A stretch of DNA of 64,000 bases from a virus (IMGVR_UViG_3300027415_000005:2504-66503); one strand, 5' to 3'. Shown: positions 26,569 to 36,067, counted from the stretch's first letter. Numbers and translations: made by a program. Notes: generated from the letters alone by a model not told the origin.

Positions 26569-27770
26569 CAGCGGTTCACCGCGTAGACTGCGACCGGGAT
26601 GGAATAGGAGGCGCCGATCCCGAGCGCCGGGACGCTCAACACCGCCCGGAAGGTGTTCGCCGCCGTCGGCAGCGCGTGATGGACGGCGTAGCCCTCAGGC
26701 AGGCCGGCCGAGGTGGTCGGGTAGACCTCGAGGACGTCGGTAGTGAGCACGCCCGAGCAGGCGATGCCGGTCTTCGAGCGGATCCCGGATGAGACCGAGA
26801 TCAGCATCGTCTCGCCGATTGTGGCGTTGCAGACGAAGACCGAGGCCTTCGGGCCGGCCGGACCGGTCAGCCCTTGGGGGCCTTGCGGTCCGGCGTCGCC
26901 TTTCGGGCCCGTGGCGCCGGTTTGACCCGTGGCGCCCGTGTCGCCTTTCGGGCCGGCCGCTCCGGTTGCGCCGGCGGATCCAGCAGGGCCTGCAGGTCCA
27001 GTGCTGCCCTGTGCGCCTGCGGGGCCGGCGGGTCCAGCCGGGCCAGTTGCACCAGCAGGGCCGACATCGCCTTGCGGACCCTTGGCGCCGGTCGCGCCGG
27101 TTGCTCCTGTGGCACCCGTGTCTCCCTTCGGGCCTACTGCTCCCGCAGCACCCGCCGCTCCTGTCGCTCCCACCTGTCCAGGAACGCCCTGGCTCCCTTG
27201 AGCGCCAGCCGGACCCATAGGGCCGGTCGCTCCATCCGCGCCTGCATCTCCAGCAGGGCCAGCCGGGCCTTGAAGCCCGCGATCGCCCTGAGGGCCTCGC
27301 GCGCCATCTGCGCCCGCTGCGCCGGCGTCACCCTTCGGACCAGCATCGCCCTTGGCTCCTACAGCACCCGCAGGCCCTGCCGGGCCAGTGGCTCCGGGAT
27401 CCCCCTTCGGACCAGCCGCGCCGTTCGCGCCGGGGCTTCCCGCCGGGCCCGCTGGACCGGCGTCTCCGCGCGGGCCGGGGGCACCAGCAGGTCCAGCCAC
27501 ACCATCGACGCCGTCACGGCCAGGAGGCCCAGCCGGGCCGACAGGTCCAGGGCCACCGTCTGCGCCTCGAGCGCCTGCTGCGCCCACATCGCCAGCGGGG
27601 CCGGGCGCGCCGGGCTGTCCTGCGTCACCGGGGTCTCCCTTCGGACCGGGCGGACCGGCGGGACCTACGGGGCCCTGGACGCCCTTGAAGCTGTAGCCGA
27701 TCGGCCGAGCATCGGCGGTACTGGCGATGCCGAGCGCGAGACACAGCGCGATTGAGAGCAGCGCACGCAT
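26568..27770 (-). CDS. Collagen-like protein with signal peptide (400 aa; 93 Gly-X-Y triplets)
   Basis: ATG 27770, MRALLSIALCLALGIASTADA; uninterrupted G-X-Y from residue 30; 92-aa C-terminal beta domain. Confidence 0.9.
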   Translation of the reverse strand: MRALLSIALCLALGIASTADARPIGYSFKGVQGPVGPAGPPGPKGDPGDAGQPGAPGPAGDVGAAGARGADGGPGPVGPAGPPGRDGVDGVAGPAGAPGPRGDAGPAGPAGSPGANGAAGPKGDPGATGPAGPAGAVGAKGDAGPKGDAGAAGADGARGPQGDRGLQGPAGPAGDAGADGATGPMGPAGAQGSQGVPGQVGATGAAGAAGAVGPKGDTGATGATGATGAKGPQGDVGPAGATGPAGPAGPAGAQGSTGPAGPAGSAGATGAAGPKGDTGATGQTGATGPKGDAGPQGPQGLTGPAGPKASVFVCNATIGETMLISVSSGIRSKTGIACSGVLTTDVLEVYPTTSAGLPEGYAVHHALPTAANTFRAVLSVPALGIGASYSIPVAVYAVNR

Positions 27771-28201
27771 CAGCCGCCGCTCACGCCGTAGTGCATCTCG
27801 GGCGTGCAGGTCGCGCCGGGCGCGCCCACGGTCATCGCCGAAATGAAGTTGGGCCGGCTCGTGCCCATCGTGGCCTCGGTCCGCGCGAGGTAGAGCACCC
27901 CAGTGTCCTCGGTGACGGCGTCGCCCGCGCTCATCGTGCCGAGCAGCCGGATGTCCACGTCGCAGGGGTTCACGATGCGGTAGGTGGTGGCTCCGACCGG
28001 GCGGTTGATCGGAAAGCTCTTGGGGGTCGGGCCGATGTCCTTCAGCCGTATCGGCGCCGAGTGCAGCCGGCGGAACGGCATGGTCATCGCCGGCAGCGGG
28101 TTGTCGACCGTGTAGCCGCCCGGCGGTCCCTTGTAGGGGATCTCCTGGGCCATCAGCAGCGGCACCAGCAGCGCAATGGTGACGGCTTTCCACGTCCTCA
28201 T
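27770..28201 (-). CDS. Signal-peptide-bearing hypothetical (143 aa)
   Basis: MRTWKAVTIALLVPLLMA-QE; stop overlaps the collagen gene start. Confidence 0.7.
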   Translation of the reverse strand: MRTWKAVTIALLVPLLMAQEIPYKGPPGGYTVDNPLPAMTMPFRRLHSAPIRLKDIGPTPKSFPINRPVGATTYRIVNPCDVDIRLLGTMSAGDAVTEDTGVLYLARTEATMGTSRPNFISAMTVGAPGATCTPEMHYGVSGG

Positions 28202-28237
28202 CTCGCACCTCTGCATCAGCCGGCGATCGCCGAATGG

Positions 28238-28843
28238 TCAGGAGTGGTTGGGGCTGACCCGGAAGCGGCCGGCCAGGGCCTTGAGCCCGTACTCGATCTC
28301 GCGCGAGACGGTCCCGGTGGCCTCGCGGTTCGCGTACCACTGCCCGACCAGCAGAAGGATCGACTGCTTCAGCGGCATCGGCACATCGGCCGCGCTCGCA
28401 TGGCCCGCTGTGAAGGTGACGCGATAGGCCAGCGGATTGACGGGGGCTGCCGCGAGATCCGGCGCCGCGGCCGCCAGCCGGGCGATGACAGCGAAGTTGT
28501 TCTCGGTCGCGACCACAAAGGCGCCGGTCGGCTCGACCTCGTAGGAGCCGCCGGCGAGCCGCGCCACGCTGACAGAGTCAACGTCCTCAACCGGCCGCAA
28601 CGGCACCTCGGCCGTCACTTGGATGCCGGGGAGGAACGCCTCAAAGGTCTCGGCGAGGAGGCAGTAGCCGTTCAGCCAGCCGTCCGGGCCGTGCAAGAAG
28701 TCGAAGCCGGTGACGATGAGGTCCGAGATCAGCTCGTCCTCACTCGCGTGCCGCACGCGCAGGTGCGCCTTCGCCTTCTCCAGCGTGACGACCTCGAGCT
28801 TCGCCTCAGGCGTCAGCGGATCGGAGATGCGACGCACGTCCAC
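28238..28843 (-). CDS. Head-tail connector (HK97 gp6-like)
   Basis: VTLEKAKAHLRV....ED.LI..LI; LKQ.ILLLVG.WYANRE. Confidence 0.9.
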   Translation of the reverse strand: MDVRRISDPLTPEAKLEVVTLEKAKAHLRVRHASEDELISDLIVTGFDFLHGPDGWLNGYCLLAETFEAFLPGIQVTAEVPLRPVEDVDSVSVARLAGGSYEVEPTGAFVVATENNFAVIARLAAAAPDLAAAPVNPLAYRVTFTAGHASAADVPMPLKQSILLLVGQWYANREATGTVSREIEYGLKALAGRFRVSPNHS

Positions 28844-28852
28844 GTCGTCGCC

Positions 28853-29020
28853 TCACTTCGTCTCGTAGCCGCGGCGAGCGCCGGGCACGGCCATCTTGTC
28901 CGAGAGCGGACGCGCGAGCTTCTTCGGACGCTGGCGATCGGCGCGGTAGCGCTCGACCTCCGCGTCCGAGGAGCGCGGCTGGCGCGGGGCGTCCGCGCCG
29001 TCCTTCTGATCGCCGGCCAT
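28853..29020 (-). CDS. 55-aa hypothetical
   Basis: MAGDQKDG...GYETK; coupled to the upstream stop. Confidence 0.55.
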   Translation of the reverse strand: MAGDQKDGADAPRQPRSSDAEVERYRADRQRPKKLARPLSDKMAVPGARRGYETK

Positions 29021-29457
29021 CAGCGGGTGACGGTCTGCTGCGTGGTCAGGGCGTTCGGACCGGTGCCGGCCGCCGCGCGCCGGGCGAGTTCGTCCGAGAT
29101 GATCTTGTCGGCCTGCTCCGCGTTCAGGCTGGCGTCGCTGCCGGCGATCTTCTTGGCGAGCGCGATGCGCTGGAGGTGGTGGTCGTCGTCCCAGGAAGCC
29201 GGAATCTCGATGGCGGCCTTGCGCTCGGCGTCCGGGTCCACCTGGACCGTCTGCTGCTGCGCCGGCTGCGCGCTCAGCTTCTTGAGCGGCTCGGCCAGCC
29301 CGTCGTTGTACCAGCGGAGCGCCGTGCCGGGTTCGGCGCCGCGGATGTCGCCCTTCCGCTCGGTGATGGTCGGCACCAGGAACGACATCGGCACCAGCCC
29401 GGTGTCGGCGTTCTTGAGCTTCTCGAAATCCTCGACCGTGGCCACGTTCTTCGCCAT
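29020..29457 (-). CDS. Hypothetical protein following the capsid gene
   Basis: 145 aa ORF in the head module. Confidence 0.7.
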   Translation of the reverse strand: MAKNVATVEDFEKLKNADTGLVPMSFLVPTITERKGDIRGAEPGTALRWYNDGLAEPLKKLSAQPAQQQTVQVDPDAERKAAIEIPASWDDDHHLQRIALAKKIAGSDASLNAEQADKIISDELARRAAAGTGPNALTTQQTVTR

Positions 29458-29550
29458 GTCCGTCGTCCCTGTGATGCTGAGCTCGGCGATGACGTCGCCG
29501 CTGCGTGCCGCGCGCCAGCCGGAGCCAGCGCGCGGCTATGCGGACGCCGA

Positions 29551-30960
29551 TCAGGCGACGGTGGAGGGCGAACCCGCGCGGACGTGGGTCAGCCGGACCG
29601 CGGCCTTGGGCTGGTCGAGGGTCACGTCGTGCTGCATCTCGCAGAGGATCGCGCTCATGTTCTGCTGCCAGAGCAGGACGAGCGTGCCGCCGTCGTCGAT
29701 GGTCGCCTCGGTGGAGGTCTTCATGGTCATGCCCTCCTCCTCGGCGAAGAGCACGTGCCCGAAGTCGACGAGGCCCAGATCGCCCTCGTCGGTGTTGGCG
29801 CCGCCGTTCTCCGCGAACTGGTTCGAGACCAGGATGCGGATGCCCTTCCAGCGCGGGTTCACCGGATCGTCGACGCCCGGGTAGATCTGGTTGCCGTTCC
29901 CGTCGCGCATGTCGGCGAGGTACTGCTGGAAGCGGTAGCCCATCGTCCACCGCCAGGTGTCCGACCGGACGATGTTGGCGCCGGTGAGGGCCAGCATCAT
30001 GCGCGAGGCGATCCGGTCGAGCTCGGCGTAGGTCGGGGCCCGGCTGTTGGCGAACAGACCCGCGGCCGAGCCGTCGATGACGGTGATCCCGTCCTGGTTG
30101 TAGATGCCGGTCGGCGTGGCCCCGGCGCCGGTGCCGAAGTACATCGCCGAGTCCATCTTCAGACCCATGACGCGCTGCAGGTCGGTCCGGACGTAGTCCT
30201 CAAGCCGGCCGATGGTCCACTTGGCCGCCTCGTTCGTCATGTAGACGATGCCGGCGAGCTTGTGGCTCCGCATGTCGATGTCGTCGAAGGTCGGCGCGCC
30301 GACGGGCTTCTTCGCGCCCTCGCCGACGTAGGCCGCGGTCGCCGAGCCGACGCCGCGGGCCTGCCGGTACGTGCCGCCGATGAGCTGCACGCGGCGCGGG
30401 TTGCCCTGGAGGAAGGTGGCGGCCGGATAGAGGATCGGGATGATCTCGTCGGCCACCGGCTGCGGCAGCAGCACGCCTCCGCTGACGCCCGAGGCGAGGC
30501 CGGCCTTGAAGCGCTGCTCGCGCGCCTTGGCGTCGAGCTCCTTGAGCACCTCGCCGTAGCCTTCCTGCTTCAGCAGGTCGACCGGGCTGATGCGCTCGCC
30601 GGAGCCGCTCTCCTGCGACTGCTTGTTCAGGATGGCGGCCTTGGCCTGGGCGGCGACCGGCAGGAGCGCCTTCTGGTAATCCTTCACCGTCTTGGCGGGG
30701 GACGCATAGGGACGGCGCTCGCCACCCTCAGCGCCCTCGCCGCCGGCCGGATCGTTGGCGCCCTTGGATGCCGCCGCCTCGATCGCCTGCTCGCGCTCGG
30801 CCAGCTTGATCTGCTCCAGGGTGTCCTCGCAGGACTTCAGGCCGTCGGTGTAGGCGGTCCGGTCCTCGGTGGAGGCGTTCTCGGCGAAGGCCTTGGCCTT
30901 CAGGTCCACGAGGCGCGCGCGGCCGTCCTTCAGGCGCTGGCGCAGGGTCTTCAGGTCCAT
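29551..30960 (-). CDS. HK97-fold major capsid protein with N-terminal delta (scaffold) domain
   Basis: GGVLLPQ.VADEII..L; A.YVGEG...P; KLAGIV..TNE; G.G...PTGI. Confidence 0.93.
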   Translation of the reverse strand: MDLKTLRQRLKDGRARLVDLKAKAFAENASTEDRTAYTDGLKSCEDTLEQIKLAEREQAIEAAASKGANDPAGGEGAEGGERRPYASPAKTVKDYQKALLPVAAQAKAAILNKQSQESGSGERISPVDLLKQEGYGEVLKELDAKAREQRFKAGLASGVSGGVLLPQPVADEIIPILYPAATFLQGNPRRVQLIGGTYRQARGVGSATAAYVGEGAKKPVGAPTFDDIDMRSHKLAGIVYMTNEAAKWTIGRLEDYVRTDLQRVMGLKMDSAMYFGTGAGATPTGIYNQDGITVIDGSAAGLFANSRAPTYAELDRIASRMMLALTGANIVRSDTWRWTMGYRFQQYLADMRDGNGNQIYPGVDDPVNPRWKGIRILVSNQFAENGGANTDEGDLGLVDFGHVLFAEEEGMTMKTSTEATIDDGGTLVLLWQQNMSAILCEMQHDVTLDQPKAAVRLTHVRAGSPSTVA

Positions 30961-31053
30961 GTCATTCTCCCACGACTCGAAAGACCGCGCACCGCACCAG
31001 CGCCGGCCTATTGGTGATGCGCCCCGAAGGGCTCCGGTTGGAGGTGCGGCCGG

Positions 31054-32118
31054 TCAGGCGGCGCTGTGGAGCGCCATCTCCTCGTCGAGGGCGGCCTCGC
31101 GGGCCGACGCCTCGAGCAGTGCGTGCCGCGCTTCGAGCGCGGGGATGTCCTTGGCAAACTGATCGCGGAGCTTCTGCTCCGGGGTCGGCTCGGGAGCGGG
31201 CTTCTTGCCGTCCTCGGCCGGCTTCGGGTCAGCCTCGCCCGTCTTGCTCTTCAGGCCGAGGGCCAGCAGGACCCGATCCACGACGCCGGGCTCCTTCTCG
31301 ATCGCCTCGGCGAAGCGCTCGGCCTCGCTGGGCTCGATCGGCGCCAGGACCGGTGCGCCGCCCTCGCCCGCCTTCACCTCGAACGTCTTGCCGCCGAACA
31401 CCACGGTGCTTTTGGCCGGCCGAGAGTCACGGTGCGCGTCCTCGAACGCCTTGCGGGGCACGATCAGGCCGTCTTTCAGGTCCCAGCAGTCGAGCACCTG
31501 CTCGATCATCTCGCGGGACAGCGTGTCGCCCTCGGCTGCGGCCTTGGCCAGCGCGGCAGGGTTGGCCGGGATCGAGCACGGGGAGCACTCGTACAGCTCG
31601 GCCTCGTGGATCATGTAGCCCGGGTAGAAGTAGGAATCCCGCTGATCCTCGGGCACCTCGCGGCGCTCAATGGTCTTCGGCATAAAGCCGATCGAGCAGG
31701 CCCGGATCGACCCGGCCTCGAGGTGGAGCGCCAGCCGGTCGGCCTGCGGCTCGCCCTTCGTCAGGTTCAGCGTGCCCTCGGTGCGCTTCGGGCGCCCGGT
31801 GAGCGTCTTCTGGATGTCCGACCACTGGCCGACCGGCATGTCGCGCGCCTGATGCCCCCACGGGGCAACCGGGTTCTTCTCGAACTGCGCGGTGTCGAGG
31901 CCGGCCTGAACCACGATGTCCCGGTCCCGGTCCTCGATCTCGGCCGACATGACGAAGCGGATGGTGCCCGCGTCCTTGTCGAACTTGGCCTTCTCGACCA
32001 TGGCGGCCGGGAGCGCCTTGAGCACCAGCCCGTCGTCGCGGGCGAAGTGCTTGCGCTCCACGCCGCCGTAGCCACGCGAGCCGAGATATTCGTCGATCGA
32101 GACGCGCTTCGAGGCCAT
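31054..32118 (-). CDS. HK97-type prohead protease
   Basis: DRDRDIV...G; H.....PVG; SIGF.P; L.E.S..SIPANP.A. Confidence 0.9.
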   Translation of the reverse strand: MASKRVSIDEYLGSRGYGGVERKHFARDDGLVLKALPAAMVEKAKFDKDAGTIRFVMSAEIEDRDRDIVVQAGLDTAQFEKNPVAPWGHQARDMPVGQWSDIQKTLTGRPKRTEGTLNLTKGEPQADRLALHLEAGSIRACSIGFMPKTIERREVPEDQRDSYFYPGYMIHEAELYECSPCSIPANPAALAKAAAEGDTLSREMIEQVLDCWDLKDGLIVPRKAFEDAHRDSRPAKSTVVFGGKTFEVKAGEGGAPVLAPIEPSEAERFAEAIEKEPGVVDRVLLALGLKSKTGEADPKPAEDGKKPAPEPTPEQKLRDQFAKDIPALEARHALLEASAREAALDEEMALHSAA

Positions 32119-33542
32119 CAGGCTGCTCCTGCGGTGTGGACGAGCCGCGGGCCCGCCTTGCCAGCGTTGTTGTCCGGGCTCTCGCCTTCACCGGCGCCTG
32201 GCTGTGTCGGGTTCTGACCGGTCGCCGCATGGACGACCTCGCCGTTGGCGTCGATCAGGCTCATGTTGACCGGCACCGTGCGCTGGTCGCCGCCCTTCTT
32301 CAGCGGGTTCAGCCGGAACGGCATGACCTCGCGGCCTTCGTCGAAGGTCATGAGGCCGGAGCTCATGCCGGCCTTGACCAGCTTCTCCAGAGTGTCCGGA
32401 TCGTTCGACATCAGGGCCGAGCGGTCGAACTGGAGGCTGTAGATCGGCCACTGCTCTTCCGGCAGCGAGTGATTCCGGAACTTCGTCTCGATGTTGACCG
32501 CCAGCGGCATGAGGCAGTCATTCACGTACTGCCGGTTCATCGCCGACATGTTGTTGTAGGCCACGGCCTCCAGCGCGTAGATCCGGTGCGGCGGCACATC
32601 CATGAGGCCACAGATCCGCATGACAGCCTGCGTGAAGCTGTCCTTGCTCTGGGCGTCGACCGAGTTGATCGCGACCGGCTTCGCTGTGAGCCCGGCCTCC
32701 AGAAGGATCGCCTCGCCGCTGCTGGTCGCCCGGCGGGCCGCCTCGCGGAGTTGATCCTTCAGCCGGCGGAAGGCGGCCTCACCCTGCTCGGTGGTGGCGA
32801 AGCCCTCCTTCGTCTCGAACACCAGCGGCTGCTTGCCGTCGTTGCCGAACAGCTTGGTCTGATAGCGGCCGATCGCGGACAGCAGGTCGAGGTTCGGGCC
32901 GCCCAGCGCGAGGTTAGACAGGCCGTTGACACCGTCGAGGAGCCGCCCGCGCAGGTGGATCATCTCGTGCTCGGGCACGATCAGGTAGGTGTCGCCGAGG
33001 GCGGCCCGCTCGTATTCGGTCGCGGCCACGATCTCGTAGAAGATGTTGCCCCTGTCGCTGACGCGCATGCGGGCCCGGCCAGGCATGATCGGGATGTACT
33101 CCTCGATCGTGTCCTCGCGGTCGCGCGGCGTGTACACGTAGGCGTTCTGCGCCACCTCCAAGTGGAGCACGACCATCCGCCAGAACTCCGGCCACGTCAT
33201 CGCCGTGCCGTTCGGCTTCGTCATCAGGTGGTAGGCGAGCTCGCCCTTGCGCGGCTCGATCATCTGCCAGCCGCGGCCGTTGCGGCGCCACTGGAGCATC
33301 TCGGCCTTGGAGATGTCCCGGGCCTTCACGTCCGCGCACTGGATCAGCAGCGCGAGACCGATGGCGCTGCCCTGGTAGTAGCCCCGGCCGACGCCGAGAA
33401 AGCCGAGATCGTCCCAGCCGCGATCGTACATCTCGCGGGTGATGGCCTCGCGCGGGTCCTGCGCCGGGCCGGAGTAGACGAGCTGCCCCGCCTCATCCGA
33501 CTTGGCGAGGCCCGCCCACATCTCGGCTTCGGTCATCGCCAT
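32118..33542 (-). CDS. HK97-type portal protein
   Basis: ATG 33542 overlapping the TerL stop; L..KPN..MT..EFW; MIHLR....DG..GLS; ILLEAGL; IC....VPP..I. Confidence 0.93.
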   Translation of the reverse strand: MAMTEAEMWAGLAKSDEAGQLVYSGPAQDPREAITREMYDRGWDDLGFLGVGRGYYQGSAIGLALLIQCADVKARDISKAEMLQWRRNGRGWQMIEPRKGELAYHLMTKPNGTAMTWPEFWRMVVLHLEVAQNAYVYTPRDREDTIEEYIPIMPGRARMRVSDRGNIFYEIVAATEYERAALGDTYLIVPEHEMIHLRGRLLDGVNGLSNLALGGPNLDLLSAIGRYQTKLFGNDGKQPLVFETKEGFATTEQGEAAFRRLKDQLREAARRATSSGEAILLEAGLTAKPVAINSVDAQSKDSFTQAVMRICGLMDVPPHRIYALEAVAYNNMSAMNRQYVNDCLMPLAVNIETKFRNHSLPEEQWPIYSLQFDRSALMSNDPDTLEKLVKAGMSSGLMTFDEGREVMPFRLNPLKKGGDQRTVPVNMSLIDANGEVVHAATGQNPTQPGAGEGESPDNNAGKAGPRLVHTAGAA

Positions 33543-35380
33543 CAGGAGAATCCGATCAGGCCGCGGTTCATGTAGATTGAGGGCTTCTCGACCTTGATCC
33601 CGGCCGCGATGTTGCCGGCATCCGCCTGGAGGCGGGCGGCGTCCGCGGAGATCAGGGCGTCCATGCCGTCGATCGACTGCTTCGAGCCGCGCTGCTCCTT
33701 CTTGGGCAGCACGTTGTCGTTGGCGTCCCGGTGACCGACCACGTTGCCGGCCATCCACGATGAGATCGGATTCCCGTCGTGCTGGAAGCGGCTCGGCTCC
33801 GCGTGGCGGGTCATGATGTCGTCGGTCGCGTAGGTGATGTGCCGGGCGACCTTCGGGACGATGTAGGCGGTGTAGCCCTCGGCCTCGACCTCACCCATGA
33901 GGTAATCGGCCTGGTGCTGGTCGAAGGCGAAGCCGGCCACGTTGTGCCCGCGGATCATGCCGAGCACGTCGTTCCGGATCGTCGGGTGGTGGACGTGGCT
34001 GCCCTTCGTCAGGGTCAGGTAGCCGGCATCGGCCCACGCCTGGAATTGGTCCGCGTACCGATCATCCTGGAACCGCGGCGATCGCTCCGGAAGCCAGTAC
34101 CGGAACACCGCATAGAGGACGTCCTCCACGCAGATCAGGAAGCAGGCCGCGTTCAGATCCGAGTGGCTCGCGAGGTCCACACCCACGAACATCGGGAAGC
34201 CCTTCAGGGCGTCCAGCGTAAGCTTGCGGTCCCCGCAGGCGTCCCATTGCTCGACCGAGAAGAGGTTGCCGGCGGCTCGGCTCCAGATATTGAGCCGAGT
34301 GCGCTTGTACTCCTGGAGCTTCGCCTCGCTCTTCCGGGCCTCGCGCTCCTCGGTCTCCAGGGAGGTCGGGTTCAGCGAGATCCCGTAGAGCGGGTTCAGC
34401 TTCTCGACCACGCCCGGGTCGAAGCGATTGTCCTCGTCGCCCGGGTCGGCCGCGTACATCGCGACGAAGACACGATCCGCGCGCAGCTTGCCCTCCAGCA
34501 CCTGCTGGTCCGACTTCCAGCCATCGTATGCCGGGCCCGAGGCGTTGCGCCCCGCCGTCGAGATGCCCAGCCACAGCGGCTGCTGCCGGGCGCCCTGCGC
34601 GCTCTTCAGCACGCCGATGACGTCCTGGTTCTGCGCGTGGACCTCCTCGGCAAGCACGACGTGCGGGTTGAGGCCGTCGAGGTTCGGCGCGCGGCCCGCG
34701 AGGAGCTTCAGCTCGGCGCCGGTGCGCCGGAACTTGATCGTCTCCGTCGTGTCCTTGGCCATCAGCCAGGACCGAAGCTCCTGCTCCTTCTCCAGCGTCT
34801 GCCGGATGGCGAGGTACGGGATATCGGCCTGCTTCTCAGAGCCCGCCGCGACGCAGCCCTCGGCGCCCGGCTCACCCTCGTAGTTCAGGCAGTACAGGAC
34901 GATCCCGACCGAGAGCGCCGTCTTGGCGTTCTTCCGCGGAACCCAGAAAGCCACCTCTCGAACCCAGCGCCGACCGGTGTCACGCTCGCGGAATCCGAAG
35001 ATCGCCGCCAGCCACCAGCACTGCACCGGCTCCAGGATGATCGTCCCGGCGAACCCCTTGATGTGCGGCAGCGTCTCAATGAAGGCGCAGGCGTCGTTCG
35101 CCCGGTCCGCGTCGAAGATGAACTCGCTGCGGGGCTTCTTGGCCTCCTGCAGCATGTGGAGGAAGCGGTGGCAGCCGAGCCGTTCCCAGCGGCAGGCCAC
35201 CACCGCGCCCTGTACGACGGCCTGGGCGTACCATTCGGCCATGCCGACGTAGTCAGGGATCAGATCGCCCTTCAGGTCGACCTGGGCAAAGCGATGGTCA
35301 GCGACCTCCCGAGAAACCGAAGCGCGCGTACCGGTTGACGGGCGCTTCCTTCGGCGCGGAGATCGGCTTGTCGAGGTCAT
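33542..35380 (-). CDS. terL: Terminase large subunit (start uncertain)
   Basis: LEPVQ.W....FG; VPRKNAKT (Walker A variant); EEVHA; ISTAG; GVDLAS..DL; K.....IDG.DA. Confidence 0.95.
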   Translation of the reverse strand: MTSTSRSPRRRKRPSTGTRASVSREVADHRFAQVDLKGDLIPDYVGMAEWYAQAVVQGAVVACRWERLGCHRFLHMLQEAKKPRSEFIFDADRANDACAFIETLPHIKGFAGTIILEPVQCWWLAAIFGFRERDTGRRWVREVAFWVPRKNAKTALSVGIVLYCLNYEGEPGAEGCVAAGSEKQADIPYLAIRQTLEKEQELRSWLMAKDTTETIKFRRTGAELKLLAGRAPNLDGLNPHVVLAEEVHAQNQDVIGVLKSAQGARQQPLWLGISTAGRNASGPAYDGWKSDQQVLEGKLRADRVFVAMYAADPGDEDNRFDPGVVEKLNPLYGISLNPTSLETEEREARKSEAKLQEYKRTRLNIWSRAAGNLFSVEQWDACGDRKLTLDALKGFPMFVGVDLASHSDLNAACFLICVEDVLYAVFRYWLPERSPRFQDDRYADQFQAWADAGYLTLTKGSHVHHPTIRNDVLGMIRGHNVAGFAFDQHQADYLMGEVEAEGYTAYIVPKVARHITYATDDIMTRHAEPSRFQHDGNPISSWMAGNVVGHRDANDNVLPKKEQRGSKQSIDGMDALISADAARLQADAGNIAAGIKVEKPSIYMNRGLIGFS

Positions 35381-35678
35381 CGAGAGCCAGCCGTTTCTGT
35401 GCCGCGAGCAGCCCCGTGAACCACGATGCCCGGGGCGTCAGGCCCTCGGTCTCGATCCGCTCGATCTGGTCGAGCAGCCCCGCGTAGGTCGACAGCGTCA
35501 TGTGCATGTCGATCGAGAGCCGGCCGGCATTCCAGATTAGCCGAGCGAGCTCGTCGTAGGTGCGCTTCGCCTTCTCGGTCTTCAGCGCGGCGCGACAGGG
35601 CGGCAGCTCCCGAAAGCCCGGGTGCGCGACCACCTTCGCATCGCCCTGCCCTACCTGTGCGAGACTGGCCTTGGACAT
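35298..35678 (-). CDS. terS: Terminase small subunit (P27-like)
   Basis: PP...L......K..Y; L..Y; L.L; directly upstream of terL. Confidence 0.75.
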   Translation of the reverse strand: MSKASLAQVGQGDAKVVAHPGFRELPPCRAALKTEKAKRTYDELARLIWNAGRLSIDMHMTLSTYAGLLDQIERIETEGLTPRASWFTGLLAAQKRLALDDLDKPISAPKEAPVNRYARFGFSGGR

Positions 35679-35682
35679 GACA

Positions 35683-35997
35683 TCAGGAGCCGTCGTCGTT
35701 CTCTCGGCTGGCCACGTCGGGATGGCCGGGCGAGCCCTTGCCGATCCGCGGGACGCCGGTGGGGCCGCGATCCGCGCCCATGGCCTCGGTCAGGATCCGC
35801 TGGCTGTGCTCCTGGAGCGTCACGCACTCACGCAACCGGGCGATGATGTCCCTGTTGTTGCGGTGGACGTCCTTGGCCACGTTCCGCGGATCGTCGGCGA
35901 TCTTGGCGCATTTCGCCTCGATCTCCCCGATCATGTCGCGCAGGTGCTCCTCGAGCTTCGCGCCACCCGGGTTCTCGGCCGACATCAGGATCGCCAT
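35683..35997 (-). CDS. Hypothetical protein upstream of terS
   Basis: 104 aa from ATG 35997; helical. Confidence 0.65.
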   Translation of the reverse strand: MAILMSAENPGGAKLEEHLRDMIGEIEAKCAKIADDPRNVAKDVHRNNRDIIARLRECVTLQEHSQRILTEAMGADRGPTGVPRIGKGSPGHPDVASRENDDGS

Positions 35998-36008
35998 GGC
36001 TGAAATCC

Positions 36009-36017
36009 TTATCCACA
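36009..36017 (+). promoter_or_regulatory. Consensus DnaA box TTATCCACA
   Basis: Exact 9-mer in the intergenic region between divergent genes; function unproven. Confidence 0.45.
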
Positions 36018-36052
36018 GAGCCGCAGCCCTGAATTGACTCGTCTCAGCACTA

Positions 36053-36067
36053 GAACGAAAAAAGAAC
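36053..36067 (+). promoter_or_regulatory. Alphaproteobacterial LexA box
   Basis: GAAC-GAAAAAA-GAAC, 21 bp upstream of the ATG at 36089. Confidence 0.8.

Noticed and set aside
26850-27690. Highly repetitive GC-rich DNA as a CRISPR array, VNTR or DGR
   Set aside because: Fully explained by Gly-X-Y codons; no repeat-spacer structure, and no cas or reverse transcriptase gene recognised in the window
36034-36056. TTGACT...TAGAAC as the promoter of the SOS gene
   Set aside because: Spacer is only 11 bp; the promoter cannot be placed from sequence alone
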